Shown here piece after piece: positions 17,866 through 27,452 of a DNA stretch of 32,000 nt; the first letter of the stretch is position 1; each line of letters begins with the position of its first letter. The stretch is from Schaalia odontolytica (GTDB lineage: Bacteria > Actinomycetota > Actinomycetes > Actinomycetales > Actinomycetaceae). The position numbers and the translations under genes were made by a program. The notes under the pieces were generated by a model. That model made no database searches. It saw nothing but the letters and a program-made list of their open reading frames with translations, and was not told the origin of the DNA. The stretch lies in contig NZ_CP040006.1 in assembly GCF_005696695.1 (NCBI RefSeq), positions 780,001-812,000 on the forward strand, read 5' to 3'.

Positions 17866-18311
17866 CCGAGGTCATCAACGAGACCGACTACGAGATCAAC
17901 GAAGCCGAGTTTTCCGCGCTGGCCGACTACGTGCTCGACCAGATGCACGTCAGCTCCGACGCGGAAGTCAACATCATCTTCATCGAGCCCGAGCCGATGG
18001 AAGACCTGCACGTGCGCTGGCTGGACCTGCCCGGCCCCACCGACGTCATGAGCTTCCCCATGGACGAGCTGCGCCCCGGCACGGCGGATCACCCCACGCC
18101 CCCCGGCATGCTCGGTGATATCTGCATCTGCCCGCAGGTTGCCGCCCGCCAGGCCGCCGAGTCCGGCCACAGTGCCGCCGAGGAGATGCTCCTCCTGGCC
18201 ACGCACGGCATGCTGCACCTCCTGGGCTACGATCACGCGACCGACGCCGAGCGCGAGGTCATGTTCGCCCTCCAGCGCAAGCTCCTCCTGACCTTCCTGG
18301 CCACCCGATGA
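17862..18311 (+). CDS. ybeY: rRNA maturation endoribonuclease YbeY
   Basis: Zinc motif HGMLHLLGYDH. Size (149 aa) and position after phoH fit YbeY. Its stop overlaps the next start (ATGA at 18308-18311). Confidence 0.93.
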
Positions 18312-19663
18312 TCCTTCCCCTGCAGGCGTCCCCGGCCTTGCCGATCCTGGATGTGCCCTCCGTGGCGCTCCTGGTCCTCGCGGTCGTTGCCCTGGCGTTC
18401 GCGTCTGTCGCCCAGAGCGTCGAGCAGGCCGTCCAGCGCCTGACCCTGGCCGGCGTCGAGGATCTCATCGAGGAAGAGCGCCGGAACGCGCGCATCCTCT
18501 ATGGCCTCGTCGATCATCGCCAGCGCACCCTGCTGTCGCTGCGCGCCTTCCGTACCTTCTGGCAGGTCGTCTACGCGGTCATGGGCACGATCATCCTGGT
18601 CGATACACGCCTGCCGTGGTGGGCGGTCGCCCTCATCGCGGTGTTGGTGATCGCGGCCCTGCAACTGCTCTTCGTATCCTTCCTGCCCGCCCAGTGGGGC
18701 GCGCGCAACCCCGAGGGCATTGCCCTGGCAGGCACCAGGTTCGCGGACCGCCTCGCGCGCCTCAGCCACATGGTCGACCCGCTGCTGACCCGCGTGCGCT
18801 CCTCGCGCCCCGCCCCCGAGCCCACCGAGGCTCAGGTGCGCGCCGAACTGATCTCCGACCTGCGCGAGATCGTCGACGAGGTCGGCGAACCCGAGAGCTT
18901 CGAGGAAGAGGACCGCGACATGGTCCGCTCCGTCCTCGACCTCGGGCACACGCTCGTGCGTGAGGTCATGGTGCCGCGCACGGACATGGTGACCATCGAC
19001 GCCGACACGCCCGCCCCCTCCGCCCTGCGCCTGTTCGTGCGCTCCGGCTTCTCCCGCGTACCCGTCGTCGGCGACGACGTGGACGACATCCGCGGCATCC
19101 TGTACTTCAAGGACCTTGTGTCGCGCTGGGAGGCTACGGGCGGCCAACTCGACATGCGCGCCGAGCAGATGATGCGCCCCGCCGAGTTCGCCGTCGAAAT
19201 GAAGCCCGCGGACGACATGCTGCGCCAGATGCAGGCCGAGCGTTTCCACATGGCCATCGTCATCGACGAGTACGGCGGCGTCGCGGGCCTGGTGACCCTC
19301 GAGGATCTCCTTGAGGAAGTCGTCGGCGAGCTGACCGACGAGCACGACCGCCACTCCATCGAACCCGAGGAAGTCGAGCCGGGCGTTTGGCGCGTCCCCG
19401 CACGCTACCCGATCTCCGAGCTGGGTGAGCTCCTCGACCGCGAGATCGAAGACGAGGACGTCGACTCCGTCGGCGGCCTGCTCGCCAAGGCGATTGGGCG
19501 GGTGCCCCTCCCCGGCGCGACCGGCACCCTCGCCGGCGTCATAATGACGGCGGAAGAGGCGCGCGGGCGCCGTCGCCAAGTCTCCACGATTCTCTGCCGT
19601 CTCGACCCCGACGCACAGCTCCTGACCCCCGACCTCAACCCCGCCGACGACAAGGACAACTGA
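18308..19663 (+). CDS. CNNM/CorC-TlyC family membrane protein (DUF21 + CBS pair + CorC_HlyC domains)
   Basis: N-terminal TM segments; CBS region VMVPRTDMV...GFSRVPVV; HMAIVIDEYGGVAGLVTLEDLLEEVVGEL; and a C-terminal transporter-associated domain. Confidence 0.9.
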   Translation: MILPLQASPALPILDVPSVALLVLAVVALAFASVAQSVEQAVQRLTLAGVEDLIEEERRNARILYGLVDHRQRTLLSLRAFRTFWQVVYAVMGTIILVDTRLPWWAVALIAVLVIAALQLLFVSFLPAQWGARNPEGIALAGTRFADRLARLSHMVDPLLTRVRSSRPAPEPTEAQVRAELISDLREIVDEVGEPESFEEEDRDMVRSVLDLGHTLVREVMVPRTDMVTIDADTPAPSALRLFVRSGFSRVPVVGDDVDDIRGILYFKDLVSRWEATGGQLDMRAEQMMRPAEFAVEMKPADDMLRQMQAERFHMAIVIDEYGGVAGLVTLEDLLEEVVGELTDEHDRHSIEPEEVEPGVWRVPARYPISELGELLDREIEDEDVDSVGGLLAKAIGRVPLPGATGTLAGVIMTAEEARGRRRQVSTILCRLDPDAQLLTPDLNPADDKDN

Positions 19664-19664
19664 C

Positions 19665-20900
19665 ATGCGATTCCCCTCCGACGACGAACTCATGGCCGGC
19701 CCCAACGCCTTCGGCGACGCTCGCATTGAGGTTGCCCCCGACGCCGCCGACCCGGAAGCCGACGCTCGCGCGCAGATCGACGCCGGCCTCGGCGAAGAGA
19801 CCGCGGACGAGGCCGGGGCGCAGCCCGGCGACGACGAGGACTTTGAAGACTCCGAGGAAGACGAGGACGACGATTACGAGGACCTCGAGGGCCTGGAGGA
19901 CGAGGAGGACGCCGACCTCGATGCCTTCGAGGCGATGACCTCGCTGGCTTCCCTGCGCGAGGACGCGGCCGCGACCATCGAGATGCCGGACTTCCCGGAG
20001 GACTTCCGCGCCGGCTTCATCTCGATCGTCGGGCGCCCCAACGTCGGTAAGTCGACCCTGACGAACGCGCTGGTCGGGCACAAGATTGCGATCACCTCGG
20101 GCCGTCCCGAGACTACGCGCCATAACATTCGCGGCATCGTGCACGGGGATAACTACCAGCTGGTGCTCGTGGACACCCCCGGATACCACCGCCCACGCAC
20201 GCTGCTGGGCAAGCGACTCAACGACATGGTGCGCGAGGCCCTCTCCGAGGTTGACGTCGTGCTCTTCTGCCTGCCCGCCGACCAGCGCATCGGCCCCGGC
20301 GACCAGTTCATCGCACGTGAGCTGCGCGGCATCAAGCGACCCATCATTGCTGTGGCGACCAAGTGCGACGCCGTGCCGCGCGAGCGTGTCATGAAGCACC
20401 TGTTGTCCATTGAGAAGCTGGGGGAGTGGGCCGCCATTGTGCCGGTCTCCTCCGTGGAGGGCAAGGGCATCGACCACCTGCGCGAGGTGCTCGCGCAGAC
20501 TGTGCCGCTGTCGCCGCCGCTGTACCCCGAGGGTGACGTCACCGACGAGTCCCGTGACACCCTGATCGCCGAGTTTATCCGCGAGGCCGCCCTGGAGGGC
20601 GTGCGCGACGAGCTGCCCCACTCCCTGGCCGTCCAGGTCGAGGAGATCATCGAGAGGCCGCGCCGCGAGGGCGACGACCGCCCGCCCATGCTCGACATTC
20701 ATGTGAACGTCTACGTTGAGCGCGACTCCCAGAAGGCCATCATCATCGGCCGCAAGGGAAGCCGCCTCAAGCAGATCGGCACCCAGGCCCGCGCGCACAT
20801 TGAGGAGCTGCTGGGCCGCCGCGTGTACCTCGACCTGCACGTGCGCACCGCGAAGGACTGGCAGTCCGACCCGAAGATGCTGGGAAGGTTGGGGTTCTGA
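19665..20900 (+). CDS. era: GTPase Era with a ~105-aa acidic N-terminal extension
   Basis: G1 GRPNVGKST, G3 DTPG, G4 TKCD, and a C-terminal KH domain (VERDSQKAIIIGRKGSRLKQIG). ATG 19665 lies 2 nt after the upstream stop. The extension keeps G/C-rich third codon positions. Internal ATGs at 19935 and 19983 would give a canonical-length Era. Confidence 0.88.
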   Translation: MRFPSDDELMAGPNAFGDARIEVAPDAADPEADARAQIDAGLGEETADEAGAQPGDDEDFEDSEEDEDDDYEDLEGLEDEEDADLDAFEAMTSLASLREDAAATIEMPDFPEDFRAGFISIVGRPNVGKSTLTNALVGHKIAITSGRPETTRHNIRGIVHGDNYQLVLVDTPGYHRPRTLLGKRLNDMVREALSEVDVVLFCLPADQRIGPGDQFIARELRGIKRPIIAVATKCDAVPRERVMKHLLSIEKLGEWAAIVPVSSVEGKGIDHLREVLAQTVPLSPPLYPEGDVTDESRDTLIAEFIREAALEGVRDELPHSLAVQVEEIIERPRREGDDRPPMLDIHVNVYVERDSQKAIIIGRKGSRLKQIGTQARAHIEELLGRRVYLDLHVRTAKDWQSDPKMLGRLGF

Positions 20901-20901
20901 C

Positions 20902-23367
20902 ATGCCCAGCGTCATCCGTGTACGTGGCGCCCGCGTCCACAACTTGAAGAACGTGGACGTCGACGTTCCCTTGAACGAATTCGTCGCGGTCGCGGGCGTG
21001 TCCGGGTCGGGCAAATCCTCCCTGGCCCTGGGCACGCTCTATGCAGAGGGATCGCGGCGTTACCTGGAGTCCCTGGCGACCTACACGCGTCGGCGTATCT
21101 CCCAGGCTGCCAAGGCCTCGGTCGACGAGGTTGAGCACGTGCCCGCCGCGCTCGCGCTGCGCCAGCGCCCAGGTGTACCCGACGTGCGCTCCACCTTCGG
21201 TACGGCGACGGAGCTTCTCAACCACCTGCGCCTGCTGTTCTCACGCGTTGGCTCCTATCTGTGCCCCAATGGGCACCGCGTCCCACCCTCGCGCAACGTG
21301 GCCCTAGAAGTGCCTCTCACGTGCCCGCAGTGCGAGGAGTCCTTCTACGGCCTCGGTGCGGAGGAGATGGCATTTAACTCGGGCGGTGCGTGCCCGGTGT
21401 GTGAGGGGACGGGCGTCCAGCGCGTCGTCAACCGAGCCTCCCTCGTGCCCGATGAATCCCTCACTATTGACGAGGGCGCGGTTTCCCCGTGGGGATCCCT
21501 CATGTGGAAGCTCATGAAGGACGTCGCCCGCGAAATGGGCGTGCGTACGAACGTGCCCTTCCGGGACCTGACCGACGCCGAAAAAGCAATCGTCTACGAG
21601 GGGCCCGCCGAGAAACGTCACATCGTCGTCGCCACCAAGACCGGTGGCACGGAGCTGGACTTCACCTACTTCAACGCGTTCGCCACGGTCGAAAACGCCT
21701 TGTCGAAGGCGAAAGATGAGAAGGCCCTCGCCCGCGTGGAAAAATACCTCATCACCCGCACATGCCCCGCGTGCGACGGCACGCGCCTGGGGGAACGTGT
21801 ACGCTCCACGCTGATCGATGGCATCGACCTGGGCGAGGCCTCGCGCCTCACGCTCACCGAGCTGCGCGAGTGGGTCCAGCGCGTCCCCGGCCTCGTTCCG
21901 GATGAGGTAGCTCCCATGGCCCGCGTCATCGTCGAGGAAATGACCGAACCGATGGATCGCCTCGTGCAGCTCGGCCTGTCCTACCTGTCCCTCGACCGCG
22001 CGTCCTCGACGTTGTCCAACGGTGAGCGCCAGCGCGTGCAGCTCGCCCGTGCCTTACGTAACCGGACGACCGGGGTCCTCTACGTGCTGGACGAGCCGAC
22101 CATTGGCCTACACCCCTCCAACGTCGACGGCGTCCTGGCGATCATCCGGGAACTCCTCGCCGACGGGAATTCCGCTGTCGTCGTCGACCATGACACGCGT
22201 GTCCTCGCAGCCGCGGATCACCTGATCGAGATCGGACCCGGAGCGGGAGCGGACGGTGGTCGCGTCATCTTCCAGGGCTCCATCAACGAGGCCTCCCACG
22301 CCCCCGCGTCCCGCATCGGCCCGTACATGGCTGGGGTCCGTCGGGTTGAGCGTGCAGCGGGGGAGTTAGATCAGGGCGCGGATATCGATGGACGCGGTGC
22401 GCTTCACCTAGAGACTAACCAGATCCACACGGTGCGGCCCCTGAGTGTTGATATTCCGCTGGGTTCGTTGACGGCCGTCACGGGCGTCAGTGGGTCGGGT
22501 AAGACGACACTTGTCCTTGAGTCGCTGGTTCCCGCGCTGCGTGCGCGCCTTGCCGGTGAGCCTTTACCCGCTCACGTGCGCAACGTGGACGCCGCCGGTA
22601 TCTCACGGGTGAACCTGATCGACGCGACGCCGATCGGAGTGAACGTGCGCTCGACCGTGGCCACGTACTCCGGTGTCTTGGATGAGCTGCGCCGGGCGTT
22701 TGCGCGTACCGAGGAGGCGCAGGCTGCCGGGTTGAAGCCCGGTGCATTCTCGTACAACACGGGTTCGCTTCGATGCCCCACGTGCGACGGTACTGGGCAG
22801 ATCACCCTGGATGTGCAATTTTTGCCCGACGTGGACATTGAGTGCACGGATTGTCGAGGGAGCCGCTACGGCGCGCAGGCGTCGCAGATCCGCCGCGATG
22901 GGCTGAGCCTGCCCGACATCATGGCGATGAGTGTCGACGAGGCCCGGGTGGCCGTGCGTGGGCTAAAGAAAGCCGGAACGATCCTGGAGACTCTGGCCGG
23001 CCTCGGCCTGGGATACCTGACGCTGGGGGAAGCCACTCCCGCCCTCTCTGGTGGCGAGGCCCAGCGCCTCAAGCTTGCCTCCGAAATGGGTAGGCGCCAG
23101 GAGGGCACTCTCTTCATCTTCGACGAGCCGACGATCGGCCTGCACCCGGATGATGTGCAGGTCCTCCTGAACGTGCTCCAGCACCTCATTGAGCGCGGAG
23201 CGACGGTCATCGTCATCGAGCACGACCTGGACCTGATCCGTTGCGCTGACTGGGTCATTGATATGGGCCCGGGCGGTGGCATCGAAGGTGGTCGTATCGT
23301 CGCGCAGGGCACTCCGAGCGATATCGTGGACAGCGAGGCCTCGGTGACGGGACGCTACCTGCGCTGA
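20902..23367 (+). CDS. UvrA-like ABC ATPase (class II / UvrA2-DrrC-like, lacking the UvrB-binding insert)
   Basis: ATG 20902 lies 2 nt after the era stop. The N-terminus IRVRGARVHNLKNVDVDVP...GVSGSGKSSLA is UvrA-like. There are two Walker A motifs (GSGKSS, GSGKTT) and two ABC signatures (LSNGERQRVQLA, LSGGEAQRLKLA). CxxC zinc modules are present (CPQCEE, CPVCEGTG, CPACDGT, CPTCDGTG..CTDCRG). At 821 aa it is shorter than canonical UvrA, and the segment between the first zinc module motifs is short. Confidence 0.88.
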   Translation: MPSVIRVRGARVHNLKNVDVDVPLNEFVAVAGVSGSGKSSLALGTLYAEGSRRYLESLATYTRRRISQAAKASVDEVEHVPAALALRQRPGVPDVRSTFGTATELLNHLRLLFSRVGSYLCPNGHRVPPSRNVALEVPLTCPQCEESFYGLGAEEMAFNSGGACPVCEGTGVQRVVNRASLVPDESLTIDEGAVSPWGSLMWKLMKDVAREMGVRTNVPFRDLTDAEKAIVYEGPAEKRHIVVATKTGGTELDFTYFNAFATVENALSKAKDEKALARVEKYLITRTCPACDGTRLGERVRSTLIDGIDLGEASRLTLTELREWVQRVPGLVPDEVAPMARVIVEEMTEPMDRLVQLGLSYLSLDRASSTLSNGERQRVQLARALRNRTTGVLYVLDEPTIGLHPSNVDGVLAIIRELLADGNSAVVVDHDTRVLAAADHLIEIGPGAGADGGRVIFQGSINEASHAPASRIGPYMAGVRRVERAAGELDQGADIDGRGALHLETNQIHTVRPLSVDIPLGSLTAVTGVSGSGKTTLVLESLVPALRARLAGEPLPAHVRNVDAAGISRVNLIDATPIGVNVRSTVATYSGVLDELRRAFARTEEAQAAGLKPGAFSYNTGSLRCPTCDGTGQITLDVQFLPDVDIECTDCRGSRYGAQASQIRRDGLSLPDIMAMSVDEARVAVRGLKKAGTILETLAGLGLGYLTLGEATPALSGGEAQRLKLASEMGRRQEGTLFIFDEPTIGLHPDDVQVLLNVLQHLIERGATVIVIEHDLDLIRCADWVIDMGPGGGIEGGRIVAQGTPSDIVDSEASVTGRYLR

Positions 23368-23416
23368 GACTCTGTCGCAGGGAAACATCAGATGGGTCTT
23401 GGCCCAGATAAGCATG

Positions 23417-23446
23417 GTGCCCGGCTGCCGTGAGGCAGCCGGGCAC
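23417..23446. terminator. Bidirectional stem-loop terminator between the uvrA-like gene and lutC
   Basis: A perfect 13-bp stem, gtgcccggctgcc / ggcagccgggcac, with loop gtga, in the 97-nt convergent intergenic region. Confidence 0.65.
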
Positions 23447-23464
23447 TACTGCGTCGTGATCAGG

Positions 23465-24136
23465 TCACTTGACGATGACGACTCGCAGGAAGCGGGGGCC
23501 GTGCACGCCGTTGACGCGGACCAGCTCGATGTCGGAGGTCGCCGAACCGCCGGCGATCCAGGTCATCGGACGGGTCGGGTTCTTGCCGAGGATCTCGACG
23601 GCCTGGGGCACCGTGGGAACGATGTCGGAGGCCTTGAGGACGACGACGTGGGTGTCGGGCACGAGCGAAATCGCGCGGCGACCCTGGTCGGGCTCACCGT
23701 CGAGGACGATGGTGCCGGACAGGGAGATCGCGACGCGGCAACGCGTGACGACGGCGTCGATCTCGTCCAGCTCCAGCGTCGGGATCGCCTGCTCGCGGCT
23801 ATCCTCGCGCACCGTGCGGCCGTCGCGGGCGGCGGCCTTCTTGAAGGCTTCGTCCAGGCCGGTGGGGACCACGACGGAGGTGGCCTTCTGGTCGGCCAGG
23901 AACTTCGAGATCGCGTCGGCGACCTCGGACTCCTCGGAGACCACGACGACCTGCGCGGAGTAGTCCTCGAGCGTCTCGATCATTTCCTCGATGACCGCGT
24001 CCGAACCGGGCGCGTGCTCGGTGGATCGAATGTAGTCGCGGGGGATCGGGCGCACCGGACGGCCCTGCTGGGAACGAGAGATGGCGTCGCGTGCTCGCGC
24101 GAGGATCGCGGTCTTTGCATCCATGGTGGTGCTCAT
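23465..24136 (-). CDS. lutC: Lactate utilisation protein C (LUD domain, LutC/YkgG)
   Basis: 223 aa with a LUD-type sequence (..VTRCRVAISLSGTIVLDGEPDQGRRAISLVPDTHVVVL..). It immediately follows lutB: the lutB stop is at 24138 and this ATG is at 24136. Confidence 0.85.
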   Translation of the reverse strand: MSTTMDAKTAILARARDAISRSQQGRPVRPIPRDYIRSTEHAPGSDAVIEEMIETLEDYSAQVVVVSEESEVADAISKFLADQKATSVVVPTGLDEAFKKAAARDGRTVREDSREQAIPTLELDEIDAVVTRCRVAISLSGTIVLDGEPDQGRRAISLVPDTHVVVLKASDIVPTVPQAVEILGKNPTRPMTWIAGGSATSDIELVRVNGVHGPRFLRVVIVK

Positions 24137-24137
24137 G

Positions 24138-25760
24138 TCACGCCTCCTTCGGGGTCGTGTTGGTGGTCATGCCGTGCTCGGAAGCGAGCGGGACGCCCTT
24201 CGCGGGGGCGTCGGTGCGAGGCGCGTTGGCGTCGGAATCCTTGTGAGTGCGCTTCCACCACTGACGGAAGGTCTCCTTGGGAGCGACCGGCAGGTCGCGC
24301 GCGCGGGTCCACAGCGAGGCCGGGAAGGGCAGTGCGCCAATGGCGCCCTTCTTCGCGAAGAGGCGCGTCGCCTTGGTCGGCACGTTCGCAGCCTTCCACA
24401 GCTTTGCGTTCGACATGACCGGGGTGGTCACGCCCATCGCGAGGTCCCACACGTCCGGCACGAGGTTGCGCTTGACGTCAACCGTGCGTGCACGCATGTG
24501 GATGAGGATCGTCGGGATGTCGATCTTGACGGGGCAGACCTCGCCGCAGGCGCCGCACAGGGAGGACGCGAAGGGCAGGGTGTGCACGGGATCGTGCTCG
24601 TCGAGGCCCTGGGTGAGCTGCGGGGTCAGGATCGCGCCGATGGGGCCCGGGTAAACGGAGCCGTAGGCGTGGCCGGAGGTGTGCTGGTACACCGGGCAGA
24701 TGTTCATGCACGAGCCGCAGCGGATGCAGGCGAGTGCCTGGCGGCCGATCGGGTCACTGAGGACCTTGGTGCGGCCGTTGTCCATAAGGATCAGGTGGAA
24801 TTCCTGGGGGCCGTCGCCGGGGGTGACGCCCGTCCACATGGAGGTGTAGGGGTTCATGCGCTCGCCGGTGGCGGAGCGGGGCAGGAGCTGGGAGAAGATC
24901 TCGATGTCCTGGAAGCGAGGAACCAGCTTCTCGATGCCCATCAGGGTGATGAGCGTGTCGGGCAGGGTCAGGCACATGCGGCCGTTGCCCTCGGACTCGA
25001 AGATCGAGACGGTGCCGGTTTCCGCGATGCCCATGTTGGTGCCGGAGACGGCGACCTTGGCGTGCAGGAACTTCTTGCGCAGGTGGGAGCGTGCGGCGGC
25101 AGTCAGCTCGGTCGGGTCGTCGGAGAGGTCGCGGGGCGCGTCCTCCATGCGATCCAGGAAGATACCGCGGACCTCGGAACGGTTGCGGTGGATCGCGGGG
25201 ACCACGATGTGGCTGGGCATGTCGTCGGCCAGCTGGACGATCATCTCGGCGAGGTCGGTCTCGCGAGCGTGGATGCCCTGGTCCTTCAGGTACTCGTTGA
25301 GGTTGGTCTCCTGGGTGGCCATGGACTTGACCTTGACGACCTCGTCAACGCCCTTGGACTTGATGATGTCCGCGACGATGCGGTTGGCCTCGTGCTTGTC
25401 GCGCGCCCAGTGGACGATGCCGCCGCGGGCGGTCACGTTGCGCTCGAACTCTTCGAGGAGCTCGGGCATGCGGGACTCGACCTCGAACTTGACGGCCTCG
25501 GCGGCGTTACGCAGATCCTCCCAGTCCGGCATCTCCGCGACGCGCTGTCCGCGCTTGGTGCGGATCGTACGGGTGGCGTGACCCAGGTTGCGGCGCATCT
25601 GGGTGTTGGCCAGCGTCTTGTGGGCGCCTTCCGGGAAGGTGGGGCCCCAGCGGAGGGTGTCCTCAGGGATGGAGACGGTGGTGCGCCAGCCGCCGGTGTG
25701 TGCCTGGGCGTTTGAGTCGTCAGAGACCACGCCGGGCATGCCGATGAACGTTTCAGACAT
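24138..25760 (-). CDS. lutB: Lactate utilisation iron-sulfur protein LutB/YkgF
   Basis: Two ferredoxin-type clusters, CIRCGSCMNICPVY and CGACGEVCPVKI, with an N-terminal LUD/DUF162 region. It is tightly coupled to lutA (stop 25762, start 25760). Confidence 0.9.
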   Translation of the reverse strand: MSETFIGMPGVVSDDSNAQAHTGGWRTTVSIPEDTLRWGPTFPEGAHKTLANTQMRRNLGHATRTIRTKRGQRVAEMPDWEDLRNAAEAVKFEVESRMPELLEEFERNVTARGGIVHWARDKHEANRIVADIIKSKGVDEVVKVKSMATQETNLNEYLKDQGIHARETDLAEMIVQLADDMPSHIVVPAIHRNRSEVRGIFLDRMEDAPRDLSDDPTELTAAARSHLRKKFLHAKVAVSGTNMGIAETGTVSIFESEGNGRMCLTLPDTLITLMGIEKLVPRFQDIEIFSQLLPRSATGERMNPYTSMWTGVTPGDGPQEFHLILMDNGRTKVLSDPIGRQALACIRCGSCMNICPVYQHTSGHAYGSVYPGPIGAILTPQLTQGLDEHDPVHTLPFASSLCGACGEVCPVKIDIPTILIHMRARTVDVKRNLVPDVWDLAMGVTTPVMSNAKLWKAANVPTKATRLFAKKGAIGALPFPASLWTRARDLPVAPKETFRQWWKRTHKDSDANAPRTDAPAKGVPLASEHGMTTNTTPKEA

Positions 25761-25761
25761 A

Positions 25762-26559
25762 TCAGATCACCTGTGCGCTTTCGGGTGCGAAGGAGATGTT
25801 GCCCTCGAAGGGCTGATCCTTGGTGGATGCCAGGATCTCGGCGAGGTGCATCGGGCGGATGCCCGAGTTGAGTCGGGAGAGGCCGCCGCCGACGTGCATG
25901 AGGCAGGAGTAGTCGCCCATGACGAGGACCTCAGCGCGCGTGGACATGACGTTGGTGACCTTGTCCGCGAGCATCGACGTGGAGGTCTCAGAGTTCTTCA
26001 TGGAGAAGGTGCCACCGAAACCGCAGCAGACCTCGGCGTCGGGCAGGTCGACGAGAGTCAGTCCCTCGACGGCGCGCAGGAGGCGGTAGGGGCGGTCGCC
26101 GACCTTGGCGATACGCAGCGAGTGGCAGGTCGGGTGGTACGTGACGGTGTGGGGGAAGTACGCGCCCACGTCCTCGAGGCCCAGAACGTCGGTGATGAGC
26201 TCGGTGAGGTCGTAGGTGTGCTCAGCGATACGCTGGGATTGCTTCGCGAGATGCTCGTCGCCCACGTGCTCGGCGACGATCTTCTGCTCGTGGCGCGCTG
26301 CACCGGTGCAGGAGCCGGAGGGGACGACGATAGCGTCCCACTGGCCGTCGAGCACGGGCTCGAAGGTCTTGACGTGGTTGCGGGTAATCTTCGCGGCGTC
26401 TTCGAAGTAGCCGGTGTTTGCGTGCATCTGGCCGCAGCAGACCTGGTCTTCAGGGAAGACAACCTCGTGGCCGAGGCGTTCAAGCAGGGTCACTGTGGCC
26501 TGGGCAGCCTGGGGGAACATGACGTCTGCCAGGCAGGTGGAAAAGAGAGCGATGCGCAC
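25762..26559 (-). CDS. lutA: Lactate utilisation protein LutA/YkgE (cysteine-rich CCG-domain Fe-S oxidoreductase)
   Basis: Two CCG motifs (VCCGQMH, VCCGFGGTF). Start chosen at GTG 26559 (VRIALFSTCL..., the typical LutA N-terminus), preceded by GAGGAAGGA. The track ORF extends to 26691 through AT-rich sequence. Confidence 0.88.
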   Translation of the reverse strand: MRIALFSTCLADVMFPQAAQATVTLLERLGHEVVFPEDQVCCGQMHANTGYFEDAAKITRNHVKTFEPVLDGQWDAIVVPSGSCTGAARHEQKIVAEHVGDEHLAKQSQRIAEHTYDLTELITDVLGLEDVGAYFPHTVTYHPTCHSLRIAKVGDRPYRLLRAVEGLTLVDLPDAEVCCGFGGTFSMKNSETSTSMLADKVTNVMSTRAEVLVMGDYSCLMHVGGGLSRLNSGIRPMHLAEILASTKDQPFEGNISFAPESAQVI

Positions 26560-26871
26560 TGGGGGATCCTTCCTCGTGGGTGCTGTCCAGCCCAGGTTAT
26601 GACTGGGTCCGAGGTCCCAGCGGCCGTTTTTGTTCAGACAAGATAGGTGGGTGTGATTTTTTGGCTTTTTCGTGCGGAAAAATCGCCACACGTAATCAAC
26701 GAAAATTGGCCTCTCATTGGGCGTTTTAGGACCTTCGAGGCGCGACTTAGCTCAGGGTGAGTTTTCGTTTTTCAGTTTTGCGATGGTTTCGTGTGCACAA
26801 GAGGTCGCCCGGCCTCGAAAATGGACGAGGTTGGGGCGCGGTGGAGAGGACGAGTGGGAGGTCCCTGGGGC

Positions 26872-27420
26872 TCAGGAGTAGCCGAGGGCGGTGAACACGA
26901 GAAGGTGACAATCTTCCGACATGGCCAGCGCTTGGATGTCCATGGGACCGAAATCGTGTGGGATCTTCTCTTTATCCGGCGCGAGGGCCTTATCCGCGAA
27001 CTCCGGGTCGATCGTGGTGAACTGGCATCCCTGCGGCACGTACTCGTAGAGATCGGGATAGATGCCGGGCAGGAGCGTGTCGGTGGCTGCGCCCTCCGCG
27101 AGGAGCTGGATCGTCTCATCGGGGACAGCGGCAACGGCGGTGAGCCAGAATTCGGGGTCCTTGTCGGGAAGGAAGCCTGTTTGGCTGGAATAAGCGATGG
27201 TGAGGTGCGCTTCGCTTGCCTCCATGTTTGGCCAACGTAGGTTCACGGAGTCCGTCTGATCCTTGATGGTCGGCTCCTTATCGCTTTGGAAGACGAACTC
27301 CGCAAAGCGTGGATCCTTCGGGTACTGAGGAGCCGAAGACTTGTGTGCGAACGGGTTGCACGCGGCAGCGAGCGCCACGACCGCGAGTAGGGGCACGATG
27401 GTCTTGAGTGCGAGCTTCAT
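26872..27420 (-). CDS. Predicted lipoprotein, paralog 1 of 3 (unknown family)
   Basis: MKLALKTIVPLLAVVALAAAC has a lipobox-like L-A-A-A-C. It shares blocks with the other two: CNPFA..., DPRF.EFVF, LRWP, PEFW(L/I)TAVA.VPDETI, LLPGIYP.LYEYVP..CQFTTID, and DC/NC-HL(L/V)V.TALG. Confidence 0.75.
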   Translation of the reverse strand: MKLALKTIVPLLAVVALAAACNPFAHKSSAPQYPKDPRFAEFVFQSDKEPTIKDQTDSVNLRWPNMEASEAHLTIAYSSQTGFLPDKDPEFWLTAVAAVPDETIQLLAEGAATDTLLPGIYPDLYEYVPQGCQFTTIDPEFADKALAPDKEKIPHDFGPMDIQALAMSEDCHLLVFTALGYS

Positions 27421-27452
27421 GAGCGTCTTTCGGTCGCTGGTCGGTGGGGGAA

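Noticed and set aside
26600-26700. Imperfect hairpins in the AT-rich lutA upstream region: ctgggtcc-ga-ggtcccag followed by a T-run at ~26601-26632, and gtgtgatttttt...aaaaatcgccacac at 26651-26691.
   Set aside because: The stems are short or bulged, and the T-tract is on the wrong strand for the minus-strand genes. The region may contain the lutA promoter or operator or the cassette terminator, but I cannot support a specific call.
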